Made by a program: the position numbers and the translations under genes. Shown here piece after piece: positions 38,587 through 53,482 of a stretch of 64,000 bases of DNA. Source of the stretch: Octopus sinensis (Eukaryota); assembly GCF_006345805.1 (NCBI RefSeq), contig NC_043004.1, forward strand, positions 15,438,001-15,502,000. The letters are read 5' to 3'. The notes under the pieces were generated by a model. It saw only the letters and a list, made by a program, of their open reading frames with translations. It did not search any database and was not told where the DNA came from. The first letter of the stretch is position 1; each line of letters opens with the position of its first letter.

Positions 38587-41065
38587 GGAGAGAGAGAGAG
38601 AGCATTCCCAGTTAAAAGCGATGTTCTGTTAAAACCAACATTACTGCAGTTGTTAGTATAAAAATAAATCTCATTTTGGCTTTCGGTGCAAAATCACAAT
38701 CATGTTTATATCGCAAGCAGAGAAATAAATCTCCGCCGTCTCCAGTGCCACAACCACCAGACCTATACATTGCTGGCGGAGATGAAATGCTGCAATTTCT
38801 AGCAGCCAGTTTGTTACCGTAAAATTTATAAATGTTGTAAAGTAATAATATATCGAATTGTTTTATCATTTTGAACCATATGTATATGAGGGCGCCTGCA
38901 CTTTTATGCTTGTGAGTGCACTCGCGTATATGGAGATGTCTGATTGCATTTCGGATTAAGTCGAAGGCGTCCAATATGTCTCATATCATACGTTAGAGTG
39001 GAGTGATATCAACAAGTGCCAATTCACATGTTTTCAGTAGAGAATTAATTAAATGTTTTCGTACAATCTGTTTCAATTTTGCGATTTTATTAGAATTTCA
39101 ACAGATATATTTAGTAGTTTACAGCATCATCTACTTTCGCCAAATGCATTGCGGGTATTTGTACTTCGCAAATTCTTTTTATGTTTAAAGTTGGTGTTGT
39201 TGTAATGATATGATATATTAGTTAAAGAGAATTCGTTATATCTAAGTGTATATGTGTATGTTTATATGCGTGTGGAATGAACTGAAATTCAATAATATAT
39301 AGAATATTAACATTTTGTAAATATACGTATATGTTGTATTCTGAAGTTGGTAGAAGAACGCATGGTGAAACAACGGAATTTCAAAGCTTATTTCGAATAT
39401 ATTAAAATACATTTTTTCATCATAACCAAACTACACTTCATGCCATTCACCCATTATTACGTGACTAAATTAATCATGATAGCAGCACAATAAATAAATG
39501 AAATGTCTTTTTATAATAAAAATTATTGGATAACTTGGAAATCTGACAGGGCTCTGCACAAAGCCGCTAAATTTATGAAGTTCTAAGTGGTAGGCGTTGA
39601 AACAGCATTGAAAGAACAATGGTACGTTTGATTATTATCTTTCATTGAATGCAGGAATTCATATTGTAGCAAACGCTGTTGGTTTCATTCCAGCATAATG
39701 CAGATATGTAATATACATGTCTGGTTGTAGTGATACAATCATATTTAATATATTCATTACATGTAAACCTCCTTAACCATTCCTTATTTTCTCATACTTT
39801 TTTCGAATGAGTTATAACTGGACGCTGCATGACACCTAGATTTACTATGGCATAAGAAAATATGGACTGATATTGATGTGATTACGCGCTCAAGCATATA
39901 TGTGTGAGTGTGTTTGACGACGCATTATATACAGACGTAGTGAGAGAGAAAGAGAGATATGCAGATAGAGAGGTGCATGTAGCTATATACTATGGCGCTT
40001 GTTCATATTTTTTATGTATTGTATTTGCGCGTATGAGAAGTTGCGTAAATGTTAAGGCAGGTTTATAGCTGAAAACTTAAAGAGAATCTGAAAAACAAAG
40101 TGAGAGCATTGAGACTATGTTAAAATGATTGTGAGATTCTCAATGATCGCTCGAATTATTTTACATATAGCAAAAGTCGTAACTATTTCACCATGTTATT
40201 TGTGAGCAGCATGTTGGTGGTAAGATCAATGAGTGTAGTAAAATATATCCAAGCTTACCAAATCGCATGAAACACCACATAAATATTCGTTCGAATGATA
40301 AAACTGTTTGTTCAATAGATAAGATCGAATCGGAAAATTATGCATTTCAATTCACCTGAGGAATAAAACAAACGAAAGAAATTAGTCATTTTATCGAATC
40401 GAATATCAAAACTAAACAGTTGATGTACTTGTATATATGAATGTATCTCTGTGACTTTATGTCTGTGGGTATGGCTACCGCTGCGAGAAATGATGAATAG
40501 CTTCATCTCCGGGGTTTTGACTCTTTTGATAAATGTTACAGAAAGCACCATCTTGTTTCTTTGACCATTTCTTATGCATGACATTCGTCGGCATGAAAGA
40601 CTTCCTCATTTTTATATATCGGGTTCTTCACGCGAACATTATTGATTCTTTGCTGTTTCATAGTATGTAAAGGAAAACGCCAAGATCATGTTAATACAAC
40701 AGGAAATGCTTTTCATCTTTGGGGGAAATATATACAAAAATGTTCTAAAATTTCAATATGGTAGATTATAATAATAGTGATTTATAATATAATAAAATAC
40801 AGACATAAGCATCTAAGAACAGAAACAGTCGATAACCTGGAGCATTATTTGACTAGTACTTATTTCATACAACCAAAACGTACGTAAAACGAAGTTGACC
40901 CCCCCCCCTCACCGCATTTGTGCAGTCAACATTAGGCATCATTATTATGTTTGCTGTAGGGAAAATTAGAGAAGAACCCTTCATTTATTGGTAATTTTTG
41001 AAAGTATAGACCACTTAGTATTCCCTAAATATCTTTTATTTGTTATTTATGCGCTTTTTCAAATC

Positions 41066-41320
41066 TAGCCAGGCTCATGGGCCCGGTTTCCCGGTTTCTG
41101 TGGCGTATGTGTTCCCCCTAGTTGGACGGGACGCCAGTCCATCGCAGTGTTACCCAAGAAACAGGAAGAGTGAGAGAAAGTTGCGGCGAAAGAGTACAAT
41201 GGGGTCGCTACCACCCCCTGCCGGAGCCTCATGGAACTTTAGGTATTTTCGCCCAGCCTGGGAATCGAAACCGCGATCCTCCGACCGCGAGTTCCTGCCC
41301 TGGGCCATTGCGCATCCACC
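41066..41320 (-). mobile_element. SINE family III with V-like domain
   Basis: Minus strand GGATCGCGGTTTCGATTCCCAGG and CTGCGATGGACTGGCGTCCCGTCCAA. Confidence 0.8.
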
Positions 41321-43166
41321 TAAATATCTTTACGGTACTTTTAATAATAGTTTCCTTTGAAAAGGCTCGGGATCGATGACAATTTCTCTATAAAGTATCG
41401 TATCTGTAAAAGATAGCTGTTCTTAGCTGAAGTAGTTCCGTCCTTTAACGTATTGGTTGGTAAGTTATTATTTTCTCCATATATGGTTTAAGTTACCAAA
41501 TTTTTGAATTTACTAAACCCATTTTCTGCCATCAACAATGAAATTGTTTATCTATTTTTACTGTTGTTTTTCTTTGCCTTGTAGGGAGATGTGTCGGACT
41601 CACGACCTCCTATTTGCTACTTGCTAAATTTTATAAAGAACAGATGAATGTGTAGTTTGCTGGTTTAACTTCGGTAGCTGAGGCCGTTGAAGAAATCAAA
41701 TCCAACGACATATCCGACGGAATTTCATGTTAATTTCTGTTTGAAGAAAATGCAGAGAAGATTATAATCATATTCTTTTCTGAACAGATTTTTAGTTGTG
41801 TTGATTTAATTGGTGTTGTAGTGTCTTAAGCCCTTTATAGTTTACTCTACGAATGCTTTCTGCAAGACGGCTCCCCGACACCACTGAGATTGATTCCAAT
41901 TTACGGTGTTAAAAATAGAGTCACTATTTGCGGTGACTGAAAAGGAAGAACTGGGTATATTGTTTAGTGTGTGCTCCTCGGTAGGTAGACACAAGAGAGA
42001 TAACGAAAAGTCGAAGAAGTAATGTGTTGGAATTGCCTGAGATGGGGGAAACACAAGATCTGTTAGACCTGTGAGTCAGAGACCATTATATTAACAATAG
42101 AAAAAGTACAGAAGGTAGGGTGTAAGTCTTTGGGCAAGTGTGTGTCTGAAAATATAAGGCTAACCAATCGACTTAGAATTCTCTGGATGCAGTCTATAGC
42201 ACCTGTTTCTAGCAGCAACTCTATTGAAATTGTGAAGCAACGCGCTATAGTGGTTCTTGTTTAAGCTTACAGAGTTTCAGCAATTGCTGAATGCTGAAAT
42301 ATTTTCTAGCTTTAAAGAGAAGAGGCAATCTTTGGTTGTAGGTGTAACTTCCGTTACTCTACTTTCAGTTCATTTCTTATTAGTGTTTAAAATCGGTGAC
42401 TTGTTTTGTAGTTGCTGCTTCAAATGGGTCTGAGATTGTTTGATGCTTCCGTTATCCACGCACTATAGAGATATTCTCATTTCTGCTAGCATGTTTCGTT
42501 TGCTTTCAATATGCATTCGGGCATAATTAGGATAATAACTTCCAATCAAGTACATATGGAACTCTCATAAGAGAAAACGAAAATCGATAATCTCACCATG
42601 TTATACTCAAAACACCATAAAAACTTCTGGCCCAGGTTTGGAGGAAAGCTTTGGATAACCACGTTTGTAGAGCGTCGCGCTATAGACTAAGAACAAAGCT
42701 ATATTCCAAATCGACATATGGGTTTGTCTTGTACGTTTTCGCGTCTTTACCTCAGCCGGAAGCTTCTGTTGAACCAGATTCTTCATTTACTAGTGTTTCA
42801 AAGAAACCACCACATATATTTTGGAACAATTCTGCATGAGCAAGAGAAAGGTTTTATATAACAATTCTTCCTTATAAGCATGCGTGGTGACTGTTTTGCA
42901 ATGAAAGCTTCAGGATGCACCACTACGTCTACGCCTCTTTATACGTTTTGTTTTGTTCTGAACGAAATGCTTACTTCCCTTGAGTGCGGCTCACAAAAAT
43001 GAACGACACTTCTTGGGGTTGCACTCAGAAATATTTGTGTCATTGTAATTCATTACTGCTTTACTGACGCTGAGAAGTCTAAAACTTATTTGTCCTCTTA
43101 TGAATTTCTCAGACATTCTTAAACTTATCATTGGTATTGTAGATATCATCATTACACATCTTCTCC

Positions 43167-43478
43167 GGAGGCGCAATGGCACAGTGGTTAGAGCAGCGTA
43201 CTCGCGGTTGTAGGATCGCGGTTTTGGTTCCCAGACCGGGCGTTGTGAGTGTTTATTGAGCGAAAACACCTAAAGCCCCACGAGGCACCAGCAGTGGGTG
43301 TTGGTGATCGTTGCTGTACTCTTTCGCCACAACTTTCTCTCACTCTTTCTTCTGATCGCCTGCTCGCTTAGCCAGCGGGGTGGCGTCATTTGAAGGCTAA
43401 GACAATGCAAAGTACATTGTGACCAGCGATGTGTAGCAACATCTGATGGCCTAGTCAGTCACGGTGATCACGGTGATA
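43167..43478 (+). mobile_element. SINE family III head with a different tail
   Basis: GGAGGCGCAATGGCACAGTGGTTAGAGCAGCGTACTCGCGG... with tail ending GTCACGGTGATCACGGTGAT. Confidence 0.8.
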
Positions 43479-44019
43479 TCTTTTCCACTGTATATCATTT
43501 CCGCTGGAAATGGAGATCTCCAGATCCAAATTCTTCAACGGTTGCTGCTGCTGGTGTTTGTTTTAATGCGGTTCACAGTGGTGATGGTATTGTTGGTGTT
43601 TATACCGGTGGCATTTCAGCATCGGAGCCGTGTTGTCAAAGTAAATATTTACACATTATGTTATTATTTGCTGTTATATTTCTTTAAAACAGCTCAGGAA
43701 AAAAATCTGTTTTTCGCTTTGTCAATAGAAAGAGCAGACGACAGTTTTAGCATAAGCATCAATAAGAATGTCTTGTCTCAAACTGTTCCTCCGTCATGAA
43801 ACGTCAATAAAATTCTTAATAAAATGCCCCTGTTTGTAAATGACGAATCAAAATCAGTGTTTGTCTAATTAGAGTAGACAATCAATTTTTTTAAACAATC
43901 TTTTTCCCAAGAATGTCTACTCCAATTAATATTGGTGAAAAAACAAATTTCGTTGGAGAAATTTCTTAAAGAACAAGGAACAAATTTACAGAGTATCAAA
44001 ATTGACAAATAGAGTAGCA

Positions 44020-44061
44020 CGGTGACGATGAGGGCGATGAACATGATGATGATGCTGATAT

Positions 44062-44103
<42 letters not shown>

Positions 44104-44251
44104 CGATGGTGGTAATAGTGGTGGTGTTGTTGTTGGTGGTGATGATGATGGTGATGCTGCTGCTGATGATGATGGTGATGATGATGATGATAATGATGAT
44201 GATAATGATGATGACGATGATGATGATGATGATGATAATGATGATGATGAC

Positions 44252-44291
<40 letters not shown>

Positions 44292-44317
44292 TTGGTGACG
44301 ATGGTGATGATGTGATG
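44020..44317. repeat. Degenerate (GAT)n microsatellite
   Basis: Direct inspection; explains the poly-M and poly-S ORFs. Confidence 0.95.
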
Positions 44318-44575
44318 ATTGTAATAATAAACCTTCCTACTATGGGCATAAGTCCTGCAGTTTTAAGGGAGAGGAATAGTCAGTTACATCGACTCCATTA
44401 TTCAATTGTTACTTATTTGATCGACCTCGAAAGGATGAAAAGTAAAGCTGAATTCAGGGTCATTTGAATTCAGAATCTAAACACGAACGAAATGCTGCAA
44501 ACTCTCTGGTTGAAACGTTAGTGCAACTTTTATAAATTACAGCAAAAAAACAAAAAAACAAAAAAAAAACAAGGC

Positions 44576-44930
44576 GCCCTGATGTAGTACAAGGCAATGG
44601 TTCCCATGGCTACTTATCTTTAGAAGAATTATCATGCACAAGTTTTATCTTGATATGAAAGATGGACTACAGCAAATATTCTGCTCAATACCACACCTTT
44701 GCTTCTCGGTTGCTTGACCATAACCAGCTGAGCATGTTCTTTAGTGGTTGAGGGTACCTGCATTCCTGATCACGAGAAATGGGGGAGCACTGTAGGCATC
44801 TGCTGGAAGAAACTCTGTAAGTGCTGCATAGTTCACCCCTCGGAACAGGGGATGCTTGCTTCACCATCCTTAAATATACCTTTTTCAAGGAACTTTTGAG
44901 AGGGAAATTTCTACCTGGGTCCCATCTGAC
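44576..44930 (+). mobile_element. Diverged partial copy of the ~550-bp (AAT)n-associated element
   Basis: GCCCTGATGTAGTACAAGGC...ACAGCAAATATTCTGCTCAATACCACA matches 1407-1540. Confidence 0.7.
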
Positions 44931-45091
44931 AGACCCATAATGACGGAGAGAGTGAGGAATACATTGAACTAGAGAAAACGAAAAGAAAAATCGAGAAAAC
45001 TGTTTCAATTGGCCCTAAGTAAACAAATATATATATACATACATGCATACAGTAATGTATCATACATAATACATAATACATACATACATAC

Positions 45092-45148
<57 letters not shown>

Positions 45149-48012
45149 CGGTTTACGCACGCCTGTCAGATTACAGCCAGCAGATGGAAAATCGATTAAG
45201 AAATTAATGTGGCCTGATATTCCTGTCAGAGTAATAAGGCTTAGCTATGCTTTAAGACAATGGCTATTATTTAGCGAGTGCATCACATAAGAAGCATGTC
45301 GTCTTAGAAGAACTTCACTCAGATGAAAGTATGAACCACCAGACACCGGATGGTCAATATGTTTAAAATTTATCTAAAAGTGTACTTGCGTTTGCGGATA
45401 GGCTTAAATCGTGACAGCAAAATGACAATTACACATGAGAATATATGAACAGTTGTGTAGTTTTTCAGACTATAGTAACATGGCAAAGAAATACACTTAC
45501 ATAAATCCTTGATTCATAATAACGAACTCAGATGTCTTGCATTAGGAAGGTAAACCTACTTTGACCTGGACAAGCAGTGTGTATTTCTCATTTCTCATGA
45601 ATAAAACACATATCCTTCTCCGTGCCGTAAATTTACACATCGATAAGTTCAAATGCAGACGCGATTCAGGAAGGGCTTCTGCTAAATTTAAGGTAGTCTT
45701 CAACTAGACAGCCAGTTAAGTAATAGGTGTAAAGTTTTTATTATCTTTTTGTGCTTTCTTACGATACTTTTATGTTAGTTCGCTGTCAAACACACGTAGC
45801 TCCACCTATTCTCTACTCCCTGTTTAAAAGTGCTGCTTGAGCCACACCACACCGCAATACATACATACATACATACATAAAGACATATATACATACATGC
45901 ATAGATACATGTGTGTGTTATTCATATAAGTATATCATGTGTATAGAGATATGGAAATAGAGAAAGAGGAGTGGGGAATAGAACCATCTTCTGCATAGAT
46001 TCAGCCTGGAAAATTACACTCACAAATTATTGTTCCATGGAGGACGGATACTGTAGAAGAAATATTCACAGGGAGGAACACATCTGCATCGAATTTGGAA
46101 TTATTTTGCTGAGAAATGATATTTCACCCCCATTGAGGCATACTTGGACTCACGGGTATTGCAAACATCATCAGTAGTTCGTTTTGGATTCGCAACAATT
46201 TAATAACTGAGAATTTTGTTGTGACTGCACTAAATTCCTAGCTTTGAATTACTACTTCATACGCATATAGTCTATGTTAATCACACTTAGCAATATGGTA
46301 CCATTGATGCCGGAGCCAAATTAATAATATTCTTTAAAGATTAGTCTCTACTTTAGACCAAATATTGTGAAACGTACTTAACTCTATGTTTATCAGTGAA
46401 ACAAAAGACATTTATCGAGACACACAGAAACACACAGATAGATCCGTCCACACAGCGCACTTTCACTCCTCTATATACACATGCATATATACATACATAT
46501 ATGAATGCATACATTCACACTCACAGACACACATATATATAGTAATAAAGACATTATGGCTAACACAAATATAAGTTAACACTTGAACCGCTCATAAAAT
46601 AAAACAGACATAATAATGGATCGTTCGTATGATTCACCATCTAATCTCTTTGAGGGTAATCTTTATTGTAAACTGCACTGACAAGCATTAAAGCTAATAA
46701 CATTAAAGCGTCCTAGATTTAAACGGAGTTATTATCTGGCAAAACAATTTACTGGACAGCTTGAGATATTATTTATTCGTACTCGAAACCCTACTACACT
46801 CGTGATAATTTCTCCCGTTTCATTAGAACATTCAAGTGATCTTATTGACACTGTTGCAATCCATATTGTTACTAATTTGATACTGCCAACTACAGACATA
46901 CTGTTATTCCGCAGAATTTCTTACATTTTTATGTAATGGTAAGTGAGGAACAATACAGTAAAATATTCCAGTAAGATCAAATGATAAATAAATGCAAATA
47001 GAGAAATTTTTTTAAAAAGTCTTCTAATCCAAATTTTCAGAAGAGTGAAAGAATAAATAAAATTCGAACGGTACTACTGCTGATATATAATCAACGAGCG
47101 AAACATTATTATATGTATGTACTGGTTAAAAAAACAAAAAAACACGGGAGTGCTTTATTGAAATCATACCCGGAATGAAAATACTAAACTGTGAAAAAAA
47201 ATCAATACCAGAGAGCATTTTCAAACAAGTGGCATCAATCAACACTAACATCAAAGTAATGATATAAAGCCTTAGGCAAAAGGCTCTCTAGCACACAACA
47301 ATGGCATGATCTTTTCCCAACTTATCACACTAACTGCATTTCCCCAAACGAGTAAAAACTACACAGTATAGTTATAATCAAACTACAAACGGCAACTGTT
47401 ATATAAATTCCATAGCAATATCTAAAGTAATTATTGACTGCGCAATCCTGACGTGCTGCACTACCGAATGCATACAGCTACTAATACAACATATACAGAC
47501 TCGCGTGCACACACAGACGGACACACATACAACACACACACACTCATACACACACACACACACACACGCACAAACACACTCATATGTTCATATGTCATAT
47601 AGCACATCATATAAAAGGGTATATTCATTACATACATTATCAAAACTTCCTTAACTGCTGTTGATTGCCAAGTACATCACATGTATGTTCAACGTAAAAT
47701 CTAGCAACAAGATGGCAGACCGCATTATAAATACACACAATTTAGGAAACGAAACATTTGGCATTCGAGAGGAGAATGGTTGTTGCTTTTTTCTAAAAGA
47801 TAGTAAACGGCCAACACTCAACCAACCAGAGAATCTATACTAACTTATCAGGAATACTTTTCATAATTGTATTTTCCCTTTATAGTTCGTCGGCCTAATC
47901 TTTCCCTATAAACATTAACAAGTTAACCTTTCTATTGTGATCACAATCCTCAATAAACTGATGAATACGCTGCTCATCAACAGCGCATCTGACTTCGTTC
48001 CAACCTCAAAAC

Positions 48013-48117
<105 letters not shown>

Positions 48118-48140
48118 AAGAAGAAGAAGAAGAAGAAGAA

Positions 48141-48782
48141 GAAGAAACAATAAATCATATTATCTCTGGCTGCCCAGTCCTGGCTAAGAAGGAATATATT
48201 CACAGACATGACAGAGTTGGGACCTACATACACTGGAAGCTATGCCAACATTATGGAATAACAACAGAAAAAGATGGTATAGGCACACACCAGAAAAGGT
48301 CACAGAAAACGAGAAAGCAACCATACTCTGGGATATGCCGATACACACAGATAGAGAAATGAAGGCCAACAGACCAGATATAGTTGTCAGAGATCATGAA
48401 GAAAAAAAATGCTTTCTAATTGATGTATCAATACCAGCAGATGACAACGTGTCTCTAAAAGAAATGGAGAAACTTTCAAAATACAAAGACCTGGAAATAG
48501 AGGTAACTAGAATGTGGAATCTAAAAAAAGAAACAATTCCTATCATAGTAGGTGCATTAGGAATGATAAAGAAATATTCAGACAAATACATAACAAAAAC
48601 ACCAGGACTTACAAACACATATAACATACAGAAAATTGCACTACTAGGCACTGCACACATCCTACGCAGAACACTTTCCATACAATAACCATCAGAGCAT
48701 CACAACAAATCACAGCATATACCTAAGGCACACAGAGTGTTGCTGGGTAGTGAAATGAAAGCACGCTATAAAAATAAAACTA

Positions 48783-48785
<3 letters not shown>
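48141..48785 (+). mobile_element. 5'-truncated R4/Dong-clade non-LTR retrotransposon (REL endonuclease) in (TAA)n
   Basis: Open frame EETINHIISGCPVLAKKEYIHRHDRVG...WDMPIHTDREMKANRPDIVV...FLIDVSIP...EKLSKYKDLE...IPIIVGALG...ALLGTAHILRR*, i.e. the end of the CCHC knuckle plus PD..D and K..KY motifs. About 100-bp 3' UTR; (AAT)n on both sides. Confidence 0.9.
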
Positions 48786-48850
<65 letters not shown>

Positions 48851-49964
48851 ACAGTTCATTCATATGAAATACAAAAAAAAAAACTCGAGGGGTTCGTTGG
48901 TTTACGGCGCCAGTAAAAATAACCTCATGGTTTCATTAAAATGTCAAATGCCAAAACATCTTGATATAAGCAAATTCATCTTATATTCCTCTTATTTATG
49001 AATTCACATCATTTCTCTCATTCTCGACCTCCCCCTAGGCTTCCAGTTGTCTCTCCGACTTCGTTCTCTTCGTTCTTCCATTGAAATCACAACTAACGAA
49101 TTCTCTACCACTTCCTTTCATTGTTCTCTATGTCCAGTCGTTCATAAACTTAGGGCAAAGAGAGATCACCATGCTTTCTACGACGAATGTTTTCTTGGGA
49201 GCGCTAAAGCACTTCTCTCAACATTTCAGATTAACAGGTTATACGCTTTTATATGCCCCCTCTCCTTTCACTCTTTCTCCCTATTCAGTTGTGTGCGCGC
49301 ATGTGTGTGTGAGTGTGTGTGCGTGTGTGTGTATATGTGTGTGTTTGTGTAAAACATCTTTATTATGAAGAATGCATTATATTAATTATAATCATAATTC
49401 TGAAGCAACAGATATATGAATTTAATGTTATATCACAAAAGTATTGGCCCCCACATTCCTCGTTAGATGAACTTAGTAGATATTTTCATTACCCTTTATC
49501 AACAAGTAAATAGTGTATTAAATAACTGGTTTCAAAGATTGTGCTGTCTTTGTACTTAGGCATATATACTTCGATAGAAAGTTCATTTTCATCATCATGT
49601 CTCATTCACTTCTCTGAGTGAGATTAAGACCGTTATAGCATAAGTGTTTTATTGCCTCTAATAATATTATTCAGTATATAGTAGCGTATTTTAACTCGTG
49701 ACATTGTGATATGGTTTGCCCAATTGATTTAGGAATAGAGACTGAATTATTCAAAAGTGTACTCATTTGATCAAATATATCTTATGAATAAATTAATCTT
49801 TCTTCAATATATGGTGCAATCCATTCCAATTCGCTTATTACATCAATGTTTGTTACTTTACATTTCAGATAATGCTGACATAGATATATTCTTTTCAACA
49901 CTAGACACAACGTTCGAAATTTTGGAGGAAGTGAGGCAGTCGATTAGATCGATCCCAGAGAGCA

Positions 49965-50260
49965 ACTAGTAATTTATTTATCGACTCCAAAAGGATGAAA
50001 GGCAAGTCGACCTCGGCGGGATTTGACATCAGAACGTGAAGAGAGGCGGAATACCGCTAAGGACTTCGCCTGGCGTGCTAGAATTTCTGCCAGATCGCTG
50101 CCATACTGATATATATATATATTCTTTAGTACTATAGACACAATGCCTGAAATTTTGGAAGAGTGGGGATAGTCGATTACATGGACCCCAGTACGCAACT
50201 GCTACTTAATTTCTCGACCGCGAAAATATGGAAAGCAAAGTCGACCAAGGCGGAATATGA
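49965..50260 (-). mobile_element. Two SINE family I fragments
   Basis: AAGGATGAAAGGCAAGTCGACCTCGGCGG at about 49992 and AAAGTCGACCAAGGCGG at about 50237. Confidence 0.75.
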
Positions 50261-50361
50261 CAGATATAAGAGGAATGCGAAAGTTGAGTTTGTGAAATGC
50301 ATTTAAATAAAAAACATTAAAATATAATACACAAACAAACACACACATACACACATATATA

Positions 50362-50520
50362 TGACGGGCTTCTTTCAGCTTCCATCAAACAAATCCACTC
50401 ACAAGGATTTGGTCGCCCTGACGCTATGTTAGAAGACATTTGACCAAGGTGCCACGCAGTGGAACTGAACCTGGAGCCATGTGACTGAGAAGCAAGTTCT
50501 TACCACATAGCCACCCATGA
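50362..50520 (-). mobile_element. SINE family II head
   Basis: GACGGGCTTCTTTCAG...CCAAGGTGCCACGCAGTGGAACTGAACC. Confidence 0.8.
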
Positions 50521-50524
50521 GCCT

Positions 50525-50756
<232 letters not shown>

Positions 50757-50955
50757 CATTTTATAAAGGGCTTAGTAAAATAAATTACTTTGCCACATAC
50801 TGAACTCATTAGAAATAGCAGCCAAAAAAATTTTTTTTTTTTTTTTTAGCCGAATTCTAATACTTAAAGAAAATTTCTCTCAGATAGTGCTTACTCAGAA
50901 TAGCCCACGAAGGTATGGGGGTAAGAACATTAAAAAATCACAAATGCAAAGGTTA

Positions 50956-51017
50956 TTTGAGAACGTACGTTTCTAGATCAGCCAAATACAATTCGACATT
51001 TCTTTCGTCAGCCCAAA
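50956..51017 (-). ncRNA. Hammerhead-like motif, variant 1
   Basis: Reverse complement of 51357-51418. Confidence 0.65.
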
Positions 51018-51356
51018 ATTCCTTAATTCGGATTTGCAAACACTGAAAGTAGGAGCATACCCTTTTGGCGACTTTTCACCTCAGAAGATCCGTTCAGACT
51101 ATCAGTGCCAACAAATTCAAAATATGCAAGCGAAGAATTTCTGCCCTCCCCTTTCCACCCACGTGGTCTAATCTAGCAAACACCATAATTTTATCGGTGA
51201 AAACCGAAGCATTAAACAGAGAGAAATGAATTATAATTCTTCGCTTGCATATTTTGAAGTTGTTGGCACTGATAGTCTGAACGGATCTTCTGAGGTGAAA
51301 AGTCGCCAAAAGGGTATGCTCCTACTTTCAGTGTTTGCAAATCCGAATTAAGGAAT

Positions 51357-51418
51357 TTTGGGCTGACGAAAGAAATGTCGAATTGTATTTGGCTGATCTA
51401 GAAACGTACGTTCTCAAA
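51357..51418 (+). ncRNA. Hammerhead-like motif, variant 1
   Basis: TTTGGG-CTGACGA-A-AGA...TCT-A-GAAAC-GTAC-GTT^CTCAAA: 6-bp stem I, palindromic AACGTACGTT stem III, A/A at the 10.1-11.1 position. Confidence 0.65.
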
Positions 51419-51920
51419 TAACCTTTGCATTTGTGATTTTTTAATGTTTTTACCCCCATACCTTCGTGGGCTATTCTGAGTAAGCACTATCTGAGAGAAA
51501 TTTTCTTTAAGTATTAGAATTCGGCTAAAAAAAACAAAAAAAAAAAAATTTTTTTTTGGCTGCTATTTCTAATGAGTTCAGTATGTGGCAAAGTAATTTA
51601 TTTTACTAAGCCCTTTATAAAATGTAATATTTTGAATTCGCCTTAAATGGTCCCTTTACATACTGAATACTTGGTGAAATTGATTAATAATTAATCAATT
51701 TTACCCTCAATTGTTGAAATATAATATATATATATTATTATATAAAAGGGCTTAGTAAAATAAATTACTTTGCCGCATACTGAACTCATTAGAAATAGCA
51801 GCCAAAAAACTTTTTTAAAGCTATTTCTAATACTTAAGAAATCTCTCTCATATATAGTGTTTGCTTATTCAACTCAAAAAGTTTGGGGTAAGGACATCGA
51901 AAAATCAAATGCTAAGGTTA

Positions 51921-51975
51921 TTTGAGAACGTACGTTTCAAGATTAGTCAAAAAACAACACTTCTATCATCAGCTC
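51921..51975 (-). ncRNA. Hammerhead-like motif, variant 2
   Basis: Minus strand GAG-CTGATGA-T-AGA...TCT-T-GAAAC-GTAC-GTT^CTC. Confidence 0.6.
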
Positions 51976-52880
51976 AGAAATTCCTTGGTTTGGATTTGGA
52001 AACACTGAAAATAAGAACATACCCTTTCGAAGATCTGCTCGTAACTAACAGTGCCAACAAATTCAAATAAGCAAGCGAAGAATCTCTGTTCTCCCTTTCC
52101 ACCAGCGTGGTTTTTAAAATCATCAAACACTATGCTTATTTCGTAAAATCCGAAGCATTAATCAGAGGGAGATAATTATAATTTCACACAATTGAGGGCA
52201 AAATTAATTAATTATTAACAATTTCACCAAGTGTTCAGTATGCAAAGGGACCTCAAGGCGAATTCAAATTATTACATTATATAAAAGGCTTAGTAAAATA
52301 AATTACTTTGCCGCATACTGAACTCATTAGAAATAGCAGCCAAAAAACTTTTTAAAGCTATTTCAAACTTAAAGAAAATCTCTCTCATATATAGTGTTTG
52401 CTTAATCAACTCACATGCCTTGAATGGTCCCTTTGCATTAAACACTTGGTGAAATTGATTAATAATTATGAGAGAGATTTTTCTTAAGTATTAGAAATAG
52501 CTTTAAAAAAGTTTTTTGGCTGCTATTTCTAATGAGTTCAGTATGCGGCAAGTAATTATTTTACTAAGCCCTTTTATATAATGTTAATAATTGAATTCGC
52601 CTTGAATGGTCCCTTTGCATACTGAACACTGGTGAAATTGATTAATAATTAATTAATTTTGCCCTCAATTGTTGAAATTATAATTAATCTCCCTCTGATT
52701 AATGCTTCGGATTTTACCGAAATAAGTATAGTGTTTGATGATTTTAACCACGCTGGTGGAAAGGGGAGAACAGAGATCTTCGCTTGTATTTGAATTTGTT
52801 GGCACTGTTAGTTACGAGCAGATCTTCGAAAGGGTATGTTCTTATTTTCAGTGTTTCCAAATCCAAACCAAGGAATTTCT

Positions 52881-52933
52881 GAGCTGATGATAGAAGTGTT
52901 GTTTTGACTAATCTTGAAACGTACGTTCTCAAA
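52881..52933 (+). ncRNA. Hammerhead-like motif, variant 2
   Basis: GAG-CTGATGA-T-AGA...TCT-T-GAAAC-GTAC-GTT^CTC; predicted cut after 52927. Confidence 0.6.
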
Positions 52934-53429
52934 TAACCTTAGCATTTGATTTTCGATGTCCTTACCCCCAAACTTTTGTGAGTGAATTAAGCAAACACTA
53001 TATGAGAGAGATTTTCTTTAAGTATTAGAAATAGCTTGTGTTTATAAAAAGTTTTTTGGCTGCTATTTCTAATGAGTTCAGTATGCGGCAAAGTAATTTA
53101 TTTTACTAAGCCCTTTTATATAATGTAATAATTTGAATTCGCCTTGAATGGTCCCTTTGCATACTGAACACTTGGTGAAATTGATAATAATTAATTAATT
53201 TTGCCCTCAATTGTTGAATTATAATTAATCTCCCTCTGATTAATGCTTCGGATTTTACCGAAATAAGCATAGTGTTTGATGATTTGATTTTAACCACGCG
53301 GTGGAAAGGGGAGGGAGAACAGAGATTCTTCGCTTGCTATTTGAATTTGTTGGCACTGTTGTTACGAGCAGATCTTCGAAAGGTATGTTCTTATTTTCAG
53401 TGTTTCCAAATCCAAACCAAGGAATTTCT

Positions 53430-53482
53430 GAGCTGATGATAGAAGTGTTGTTTTGACTAATCTTGAAACGTACGTTCTCAAA
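53430..53482 (+). ncRNA. Hammerhead-like motif, variant 2
   Basis: Same motif; predicted cut after 53476. Confidence 0.6.

Noticed and set aside
38612-38974. 120-aa minus-strand ORF
   Set aside because: No recognisable domain or splice context.
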